Part shown: positions 19,154-26,757 of the stretch, one piece after another
Numbering within the stretch: position 1 is the first letter of the stretch
How the letters are laid out: each line of letters opens with the position of its first letter
DNA from: an uncultured Sphingomonadaceae bacterium
GTDB lineage: Bacteria > Pseudomonadota > Alphaproteobacteria > Sphingomonadales > Sphingomonadaceae
Assembly (NCBI GenBank): GCA_947494305.1
Contig: CANLUL010000002.1
Coordinates: 303,727-367,726, forward strand
Direction: 5' to 3'
DNA length: 64,000 bases
Notes under the pieces: model-generated
What the model was told of the DNA's origin: nothing
The model's input: only the letters and a program-made list of their open reading frames with translations
Databases searched by the model: none
Made by a program: the position numbers and the translations under genes

Positions 19154-20361
19154 ACGCAACGACGACCATATCCCGCAGCTATCGGGCGGATTTCCCCGGT
19201 CTGGGCAAAGACTGGCACTATCTTGATAGTGCAGCCACCGCCCAGAAACCGAAGGCGGTACTGGATGCATTGGCGCGTGCCTATGGCCCCGATTATGCGA
19301 CCGTCCATCGCGGTGTCTATGAGCGTTCCGCCAATATGACACTGGCCTACGAAGCCGCTCGGAAACGGGTCGCAGGATTTCTGAATGCCGCACGTCCCGA
19401 AGAGATTGTCTTCACCAGCGGCGCGACCGACAGCATCAACCTGGTTGCCGAAAGTTGGGGCAATTCAAACCTGAAAGCCGGCGACCGGATCATCCTGTCG
19501 CAGCTCGAGCATCATTCCAACATAGTCCCCTGGCAACTGCTCGCCGAGCGGGTGGGTGCACATATTGACGTGGCCCCTTTAACAGATGACGGTCAGATCG
19601 ATCTGGACTGGATTGAGGCCAATATCTCTGAGCAGCACAAACTGGTCGCACTGGCCCATGTGTCCAATGTGCTGGGCAGCTTGCTCGATGCAAAACGCGC
19701 TGCCGAGTTGGCCCATAAAGTTGGTGCGAAGCTGCTGCTCGATGGTTGTCAGGCCGCGCCGCGTCTGCCGGTTGATGTACAGGCCTTGGGCTGCGACTTC
19801 TATGTTTTCTCCGGTCATAAAATATATGGCCCAACCGGCATTGGTGCGCTCTGGGCACCCTATGAAACGCTGGATAGCATGCCCCCTTGGAAGGGCGGCG
19901 GGTCGATGATTGATCGGGTATCTTTCGACGGTACCACCTATGCGCCACCACCGGGACGCTTTGAAGCCGGGACGCCGCATATCGCCGGTGTTGTCGGACT
20001 GGATGCGGCCATCCAATATGTTGAGGCGATTGGACTGGATGTAATTTCGGATCATGAAAATGCCACGCTGGCCAAAGCGCGTGAGGCGCTCTCTGGCATC
20101 AACAGTGTCCGGGTATTTGGACCGGACAAAAGCATGGGCATATTGAGTTTTGCAGTCGGCGACGTGCATCCGCATGATGTCGCCACTATATTGGATGAAG
20201 GTGGTGTTGCGATCCGCGCCGGGCATCATTGCGCCCAGCCACTGATGGATTATCTCGGTGTAGCGGCAACGGCGCGAGCGAGCTTTGGCATTTACAGCGA
20301 TGACAGCGATGTCGCGGCTTTGGTCGATGGTATTAATCGTGTGAGAAAGATTTTTGGGTAA
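19150..20361 (+). CDS. sufS: Cysteine desulfurase SufS
   Basis: YLDSAATAQKP, EHHSNIVPW, FSGHK (PLP lysine), RAGHHCAQP. Confidence 0.95.
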   Translation: MNATTTISRSYRADFPGLGKDWHYLDSAATAQKPKAVLDALARAYGPDYATVHRGVYERSANMTLAYEAARKRVAGFLNAARPEEIVFTSGATDSINLVAESWGNSNLKAGDRIILSQLEHHSNIVPWQLLAERVGAHIDVAPLTDDGQIDLDWIEANISEQHKLVALAHVSNVLGSLLDAKRAAELAHKVGAKLLLDGCQAAPRLPVDVQALGCDFYVFSGHKIYGPTGIGALWAPYETLDSMPPWKGGGSMIDRVSFDGTTYAPPPGRFEAGTPHIAGVVGLDAAIQYVEAIGLDVISDHENATLAKAREALSGINSVRVFGPDKSMGILSFAVGDVHPHDVATILDEGGVAIRAGHHCAQPLMDYLGVAATARASFGIYSDDSDVAALVDGINRVRKIFG

Positions 20362-20370
20362 GGTGAGACT

Positions 20371-20892
20371 ATGAGCGAAGAACGCAAGATTTTGGTGGAA
20401 GAGGTGGAGTCGGTTGCGAAACCGCCTCTGGCAAAAGTGGATGACGCCGTGGATGACAAGCCCGAACCTGTTGTCGCACCCTCACCCTATGAAGCCGAAA
20501 GCGACGCTGCCAAATTGGGCCGCAAGAAAGATTATCTCGAAGGCTTTCTCGCGCAACAACCGACCGAGGCACCATCTGGTGAAGCTGGCGGTGATCTTTA
20601 TGAGGCGGTCGTGGATACGCTCAAATCCATCTACGACCCCGAAATTCCGGTGAACATCTATGACCTCGGCCTGATTTACGGAGTGAAAATTACGCCCGAC
20701 AATCATGCCATTGTGACGATGACACTGACTACGCCGCATTGTCCGGTGGCTGAATCCATGCCCGGAGAAATTGAGCTACAGGTCGGTAGCGTACCAGGTG
20801 TTGGCCATAGCGAAGTAAACCTCGTCTGGGACCCGCCTTGGGATCCGGGTAAGATGAGCGATGAAGCAAAATTAGAATTGGGTATGTTGTGA
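20371..20892 (+). CDS. sufT: SUF system Fe-S assembly protein SufT (DUF59)
   Basis: IYDPEIPVNIYDLGLIY, MTLTTPHCPVA, WDPPW...MSDEAKLELG. Confidence 0.9.
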   Translation: MSEERKILVEEVESVAKPPLAKVDDAVDDKPEPVVAPSPYEAESDAAKLGRKKDYLEGFLAQQPTEAPSGEAGGDLYEAVVDTLKSIYDPEIPVNIYDLGLIYGVKITPDNHAIVTMTLTTPHCPVAESMPGEIELQVGSVPGVGHSEVNLVWDPPWDPGKMSDEAKLELGML

Positions 20893-21401
20893 ATGATACG
20901 GCCACTCTTTCCGCAACTGGCGTGACAGAGGTCGTGCGCGCGGATTATGATAATCCCAAACATGCGGCGGATATCGTCACCATGTTGCGTAGCTATGCCA
21001 TGGACCCGATGGGCGGTGGCGAAGATTTGTCGGCGGAAGTACAGGCGGCTTTGGTTCCTGGATTAAAAGCAACACCGGCCGCGTCCTCGCTGCTCGCCTA
21101 TATCGGTGATGAAGCGGTTGGATTGGCCAATCTGATGCAGACCTTCTCTTCTTTTGGCGGAAAGCCACTGCTTAACATCCACGATATCGCGGTATCGAAA
21201 GATCATCGCGGCACGGGCGTTGGGCGACAACTATTTGAAGAGATCCACAAGATGGCCGACGAAATGGGTGCCTGTAAAGTGACCCTGGAAGTGCTCGAAG
21301 GCAATGAACCCGCGAAGGCGCTCTATGCATCGCTGGGCTATGGAGATTATGTGCTGGACCCAAAAATGGGCAAGGCCATGTTTTGGCAGAAAAGGCTTTA
21401 G
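20889..21401 (+). CDS. GNAT N-acetyltransferase
   Basis: NIHDIAV...RGTGVGRQL, VTLEVLEGN..A..LY..LGY. Overlaps the sufT stop (GTGA). Confidence 0.85.
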   Translation: MNDTATLSATGVTEVVRADYDNPKHAADIVTMLRSYAMDPMGGGEDLSAEVQAALVPGLKATPAASSLLAYIGDEAVGLANLMQTFSSFGGKPLLNIHDIAVSKDHRGTGVGRQLFEEIHKMADEMGACKVTLEVLEGNEPAKALYASLGYGDYVLDPKMGKAMFWQKRL

Positions 21402-21403
21402 CT

Positions 21404-21766
21404 ATGACTGACACGAAAACAAAAACGCGCGAGATACCCGCAGCGATCATTTTGACGCCGGGTGCGGAACAACGCATTGCCGACCTGATGGCCAAAGCGC
21501 CCGATGATGCCATTGGCGTGAAACTGTCCACCCCTCGCCGTGGTTGCAGCGGGCTGGCTTACTCGGTCGACTATGTCACCGAGGAAGTGGCCTTTGACGA
21601 AAAGATCGAAACCCCCGGCGGGACATTTTATGTCGATGGCGGGAGTGTGCTGTATCTGATCGGTAGCACCATGGATTGGCAGGAAGATGATTTCACCGCC
21701 GGCTTTGTGTTCGAGAACCCGAATGCAACAGGAGCCTGTGGTTGCGGAGAGAGCTTCACCGTTTGA
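21404..21766 (+). CDS. A-type Fe-S carrier (SufA/IscA, HesB family)
   Basis: RGCSGLAYSVDY, FENPNATGACGCGESF. Confidence 0.95.
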   Translation: MTDTKTKTREIPAAIILTPGAEQRIADLMAKAPDDAIGVKLSTPRRGCSGLAYSVDYVTEEVAFDEKIETPGGTFYVDGGSVLYLIGSTMDWQEDDFTAGFVFENPNATGACGCGESFTV

Positions 21767-21841
21767 TCTAATCCGAAACTCCAACCAATGGTTCAGGCGA
21801 TCTGCTGAGGAAAAATCACTGGTGACAACCTTGTCAGAGGC

Positions 21842-23308
21842 ATGAAAGGCATGACGTATAACAGCAACTTGGTAGCGCACAGCTGGCTGGCTCGTTGGAT
21901 GGCATTTGCGTTTGCAGTTGCACTGCTTGCTATTGGCGTTGCGGCGTCGCTCGTTCTGGCGGTCGGCCTATTCGAACGATTTGATCCTATTGGTTCGGCC
22001 TTGCTGGCCGTTTGGCTTGCAGCAATGGTAGTCATGCTGTGGCGCATGGATTTGCTCGGACGCAACTGGTGGCTGCTAGTGGTCATTGCTGCCCTGTCGC
22101 TGATCCTGCGATACTGGTCGGCCACGCTGACATTTGATGTCGCGTTGGGCGCGGATCCGATGAATTACACCAATCTGGCAACAGCCGTGCTCGAAGGGCG
22201 CGGGCTGATTACCGATGACTGGCATTATGGCCAGGATCTGCGCGCCTATTTCCCGCCGCTCTATCCGTTGGCACTAGCTGTTTTCTGGTGGGTTTTTGGC
22301 ACAAGCGTCTGGTCTACTTTGGTGATGAATATCATGATTGATCTGATTGCCGCCTGGGCATTGGGCGATGCTGCGCGCCGACTCTCTCGCGATAACCGGC
22401 ATGCTACAAATGTCGGCATCGTCGCGGCCATTGTCTATTTTGCTTGGCCCGCGTTCGCTCTTGGCGCCGGCATTCCGCAGAAAGAAGCGCTAACTCTGAT
22501 GTTCATCATATTGTTGCTAAGGACTATGGTGATCTGGCTGCATGCGGATGAAAAGGATGCCCGGCGCTGGCGGCACGGGCTGTTCGCTGGTCTCTGGTGG
22601 GGATTGCTCAGTCTGACCCAGCCGTCGCTTGCTCTGGCTCCCGGGTTTGTCGGGCTAATCCTGGTTTGGCAAAAAGGTTTTGGCCCCGTTTTCATGCTGG
22701 GATTGAAGGCGCTGCCCACACTGCTTGCTGTCCTGCTACCCTGGTGGATACGCAACTGGATGCTTTTTGGCACATTCATTCCCTTTACTACGGCCTCGGG
22801 CATGATGCTCAATTCAGCCTGGCGGGATTTGCGCATACCCTTTCCACCGGGTCTTTTTGATCTTCCGGAACCAGAGCGCGCATCAATAATGGGCGGAAAG
22901 GCCGCTGAGGCCATTGGAAAGAACCCACTGGAATTTGCCAGACAGGCGCTAACCAGCATGGCCCTTGGCTTTTCTTACGAGGAGGCATCGCTTGCCCGTT
23001 ATCGCCACACGACACCCCCAATCAGTATGGCAGAGCATGCAAAGCTCGCACCCGTGTTGCAGGGAAGTTACGTTGTTCTTGTGCTATCAGCGATGGCGGG
23101 GGCTTGGCGACAGTTTCGCATACGTCATGTCGAGCCGGTATTGCTCTACGCCTTTGTTCTGTTCGCTTCGATCATCATGATCAATTTCTGGTTCGAATTT
23201 GGTGAGCGGCACCGGTTGGTGTTGACGCCATTTTTGATTTTACTCGCTGCCAGTTTCTGGTTGACCATTCGACAGGATCGATCTGTGTCACAAGACCAAG
23301 AGGCTTAA
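21842..23308 (+). CDS. Multi-pass membrane glycosyltransferase, GT-C superfamily (ArnT/PMT-like)
   Basis: Many TM segments. First periplasmic loop ADPMNYTNLA...G.G, YFPPLYP, PWWIRNW, C-terminal ERHRLVLTPF. Start could also be 21851. Confidence 0.7.
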   Translation: MKGMTYNSNLVAHSWLARWMAFAFAVALLAIGVAASLVLAVGLFERFDPIGSALLAVWLAAMVVMLWRMDLLGRNWWLLVVIAALSLILRYWSATLTFDVALGADPMNYTNLATAVLEGRGLITDDWHYGQDLRAYFPPLYPLALAVFWWVFGTSVWSTLVMNIMIDLIAAWALGDAARRLSRDNRHATNVGIVAAIVYFAWPAFALGAGIPQKEALTLMFIILLLRTMVIWLHADEKDARRWRHGLFAGLWWGLLSLTQPSLALAPGFVGLILVWQKGFGPVFMLGLKALPTLLAVLLPWWIRNWMLFGTFIPFTTASGMMLNSAWRDLRIPFPPGLFDLPEPERASIMGGKAAEAIGKNPLEFARQALTSMALGFSYEEASLARYRHTTPPISMAEHAKLAPVLQGSYVVLVLSAMAGAWRQFRIRHVEPVLLYAFVLFASIIMINFWFEFGERHRLVLTPFLILLAASFWLTIRQDRSVSQDQEA

Positions 23309-23337
23309 CCGGATTTTAAGTGTCAAATGGTAGGGTT

Positions 23338-23730
23338 TCCGCGAAATTGGGACCGACCATGACCGCAAAACTATTCCTGCTTATCTTCACTAGCGTTGGC
23401 TTGTCGGCGCTGGCGCAGCTTGCCCTGAAAACAGGGACGGGCGCCGCGACCCGGGCAAGGGATGTTGTTGGTATTGGCGGGGAAGCAACCGCTTTGGCGC
23501 AAAGTCCACTGATTTGGTCAGGACTGATTTTATACGGATTGGGCGCGATATTGTGGCTTTTTGTGCTAGGCCGTGTCCCGCTTTCGGTCGCGTATCCCTT
23601 TGTCGGAATGGGTTTCATTCTGACCATGGCGGCTGGTTTTCTGGTGCTTGGCGAAGAAATGAGTGTGGCGCGTATAGGCGGCACATTGCTGATTGCAGCG
23701 GGATGCGTTCTCGTTGCCAGGTCAGCGTGA
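23338..23730 (+). CDS. Small 4-TM EamA/SMR protein, ArnE/ArnF-like flippase subunit
   Basis: AQLALK, W..VL..VPLSVAYPF, GE.MS..RIGG..LI..G. Confidence 0.75.
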   Translation, partial: SAKLGPTMTAKLFLLIFTSVGLSALAQLALKTGTGAATRARDVVGIGGEATALAQSPLIWSGLILYGLGAILWLFVLGRVPLSVAYPFVGMGFILTMAAGFLVLGEEMSVARIGGTLLIAAGCVLVARSA

Positions 23731-23742
23731 TCGAGATGGCCG

Positions 23743-25212
23743 ATGCGTAACGAGAAAGTCGAAGCCGCGGCGCAACTCACCCCTCTATTTGTCGACGTTG
23801 ATGGTACATTGACGCGGGCCGATATCTCTCTGGAAAGCTTTGTAAAAGTCATGCGTTCCGGCCTGCTCTACGCGATCAAAATGATTTTGTGGATATGTGC
23901 AGGCCGGGCATTGGCCAAGGCTTTGGCAGCGCGGCATAGTCCGATTGACCCGGCCACGCTTCCCTATCGCCAAGAGGTGCTGGACTTGATCCAGCAAGCA
24001 AAGGAGGAAGGTCGGCCTGTCATCCTTGCCAGTGCCAGTCACTGGCGCAACATCGTTCGCATAGCCCGTCATCTGGGATTATCCGAAACCGTGATTGCAT
24101 CCAAAGGGCGCTGTAATTGCAAGGGCAGCGCGAAATTGGCGGCTATCAAGGCATCGATCGGCGATGATGCCGAATTTGACTATGTTGGAGATAGCCGGGC
24201 AGATTTTTCTATCTGGCGATCAGCGCGCGTCGGTTGGACGGTGGACAAGAGCCCGGCAGATGGTTCAGTCGAGCGATTAACCGAAAAATCAAAGTCTTTT
24301 CCGGCCATATTGATCAAAGCCATGCGTCCGTATCAATGGGCAAAAAATGTTCTGGTGCTTGTGCCAGCGTTAACATCTGGTCTCTTTCTACAACCCGCGT
24401 CCTTGGCTGTTGCGATTGCCGCCGCCTTGTGCATGTCGTTGGTCGCATCTTCGATCTATCTGATCAACGATATGTGCGACATCGATGCTGATCGCAATCA
24501 CCGGACAAAATGGAAACGACCATTGGCCCACGGCGATCTGTCTATACCCGCAGCACTGCTATCCAGTCTGATTTTGGTGAGTGTTGGCTTAGCGGGTGCT
24601 TATTGGCTGGGCGGCGGGCCGCTGGTCTTCTGGTTCGGCGTCTATATCGGACTGACCGTTGCCTATTCGGTACGATTGAAATCCGCCATCATTGTAGACG
24701 CGATGACGCTGGCCATGCTCTATACTATTCGCATCTGGATTGGCGGTATTGCAATCGGGGTTCCGCTTAGCTTCTGGTTGCTTTTATTCTCGGTATTCCT
24801 GTTCCTCAGCTTGTCCTATCTCAAGCGTTATATAGAAATGCGAGAGGCGGCAAATGCGACCATCTTGCTATCTGGTCGCGGATATGTCGGCAATGATCTG
24901 GATATCGTCATGACATCTGGTATTTCGGCCAGCATGGCGGCGATACTGGTTCTGGCCCTCTATGTGCATGACCCCAGCGCGACCGCTCATTATTCCTCGC
25001 CGGATATGCTGCTGCTGCTGTGCCTGCCTTTGCTCTACTGGACCAATCGCATCTGGATGATGGCCCAGCGCGGACAGGTCGAAGGGGACCCGGTCGCCTT
25101 CGCCCTGAAAGATCGTCGCTCTTTCTCTGTCGCCACAGTGATGGGCGCCATATTTCTGGCCGCTCTATTTGGCCCGCCCGACTATTTCGGATCATCCGCA
25201 ATAGCGCACTAA
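23743..25212 (+). CDS. HAD phosphatase-UbiA prenyltransferase fusion (decaprenyl-phosphate phosphoribosyltransferase-like)
   Basis: HAD motifs DVDGT, LASAS, K and GDSRAD. UbiA motifs RPYQWAKN, NDMCDIDADR.H..K..RPLA.G, KRY.E and C-terminal DP. Confidence 0.85.
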   Translation: MRNEKVEAAAQLTPLFVDVDGTLTRADISLESFVKVMRSGLLYAIKMILWICAGRALAKALAARHSPIDPATLPYRQEVLDLIQQAKEEGRPVILASASHWRNIVRIARHLGLSETVIASKGRCNCKGSAKLAAIKASIGDDAEFDYVGDSRADFSIWRSARVGWTVDKSPADGSVERLTEKSKSFPAILIKAMRPYQWAKNVLVLVPALTSGLFLQPASLAVAIAAALCMSLVASSIYLINDMCDIDADRNHRTKWKRPLAHGDLSIPAALLSSLILVSVGLAGAYWLGGGPLVFWFGVYIGLTVAYSVRLKSAIIVDAMTLAMLYTIRIWIGGIAIGVPLSFWLLLFSVFLFLSLSYLKRYIEMREAANATILLSGRGYVGNDLDIVMTSGISASMAAILVLALYVHDPSATAHYSSPDMLLLLCLPLLYWTNRIWMMAQRGQVEGDPVAFALKDRRSFSVATVMGAIFLAALFGPPDYFGSSAIAH

Positions 25213-25314
25213 CGGTTATTGCAATCCACCAAGGGCACATTTTTCTGCCGGCGAATGAACCATTTTGCCATCTGCCGAGACTATCTCTACTATAAACAAA
25301 GATGAGCGAGTCAG

Positions 25315-26550
25315 ATGGTATATAAATTCGATCTCCAGAGCGCGGATTACATGCGCGATCCTTTTCCGACCCTGGCGGCAATGCGGGAGGCAGGGCCGGT
25401 TATCCGGCTCAAGATTCCGCTCATGGGGAAAGTCTGGTGCGCAACAACGCATGAAGCGGTGAGCGATTTCCTGAAGGGTGCCGACAAATTTGCCAGTGAT
25501 GGTCGCAATGTCGAGGGCAATCACAGCGCCATTCCGCGCTTGATGCCGCGCAGCATGAAACTGCTCGCCGAAAATATGCTGCTGATGGATGATCCCGATC
25601 ATCGGCGTCTTCGCAAACTGGTCGACGGGCCGTTTCTGGCGCGCAGTATCGATGCCTATCGCCCCGATGTGGCGCGGATTGCTGATGAGCTGCTCGACCA
25701 GATGGAGCGCGAAGGCAATGATGATATCGTCAGCGGTTTTGCCAGAGGCCTGCCGCTGCGCGTGATATCCGAAATCCTCGGTCTTGCGGGTCAGAACCGT
25801 GAACAGTTTTTGAGCTGGACCGACAAGATGACCAAGTCGCTGGGCGTGGTAATGCTGATCCAGACCATTCCGGCGCTGGGCAAGATGATGCGCTATATCC
25901 GTAGCGAGATCGCAGCCGCCCGCGCCGGCGAAAGAGACGGTCTGCTGGTTGATCTGGTCAACGCAGAGGCCGATGGCGAGCAGATGAGCGAGGATGAACT
26001 GGTCGCGATGGTCGCAATCCTGTTTATCGCCGGTCACGAAACCACGACGCATCTGCTTTCAACCGGTGTGGCAACGTTGATCGCTCACCCGGAGCTTCTC
26101 GAAGAGCTCAAGGCCGACTGGTCGCTGGTACCGCAGGTGGTGGAGGAAATGCACAGACTCAATTCCCCCGTGCAGATGACCAAGCCGCGGGTGGTGCGCG
26201 ATGATATGGAATATTTCGGCCAGCAACTGAAACGCGGCGACCGGATTATCGCCAGCCTTGCCGCCGCCAATGCTGACCCGGCAATGTTTGCAAACCCCGA
26301 AGTTTTTGATATCCATCGCGACAATGCCGCCCGCCATGCCGGTTTTGGTGGCGGAATCCATCTTTGCCTCGGCCTCCACCTCGCCCGTGCGGAGGGACAG
26401 GTCGCACTGGAGCGTCTGTTCACGCGCTATCCGAACCTGCAGATTACCCAGCCCCCCGAACAGCGCGAGTGGATCAAGCGGATCGGGATACATGGCTATC
26501 AGGCATTGCCGGTTGATTTTGGGATGGCCGGAGCGAAAGTCGCGGCTTAA
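25315..26550 (+). CDS. Cytochrome P450
   Basis: DDPDHRRLR, AGHETT (I-helix), EMHR (ExxR), FGGGIHLCLG (heme Cys). Confidence 0.95.
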   Translation: MVYKFDLQSADYMRDPFPTLAAMREAGPVIRLKIPLMGKVWCATTHEAVSDFLKGADKFASDGRNVEGNHSAIPRLMPRSMKLLAENMLLMDDPDHRRLRKLVDGPFLARSIDAYRPDVARIADELLDQMEREGNDDIVSGFARGLPLRVISEILGLAGQNREQFLSWTDKMTKSLGVVMLIQTIPALGKMMRYIRSEIAAARAGERDGLLVDLVNAEADGEQMSEDELVAMVAILFIAGHETTTHLLSTGVATLIAHPELLEELKADWSLVPQVVEEMHRLNSPVQMTKPRVVRDDMEYFGQQLKRGDRIIASLAAANADPAMFANPEVFDIHRDNAARHAGFGGGIHLCLGLHLARAEGQVALERLFTRYPNLQITQPPEQREWIKRIGIHGYQALPVDFGMAGAKVAA

Positions 26551-26757
26551 GTCCAAACCAAGACAAAGCAGCATCCGTACATGCGAGTATCAGGGATACT
26601 GCATGCGGGCGGGCCATATGAAACCCAACCGTTGACGTCCACCCCATCCATCGATCGGGAGGGAGGTCGTTGGGGTGCGGTTTTTGCGGGCGCAAGTGGA
26701 GGAGGTGGTTTTAGCGGTGAGGTGGGGTGTGGGAAAGGTCAGTGGTTATGGATGATA

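Noticed and set aside
25302-25325. Out-of-frame ATG (MSESDGI*) overlapping the P450 start: frameshift?
   Set aside because: The in-frame start at 25315 already gives a normal-length P450 with a typical N-terminus.
26474-26695. Short ORFs in the P450 / AlbA gap
   Set aside because: No recognisable motif or RBS, and the composition is dominated by the G/C-skewed tract.
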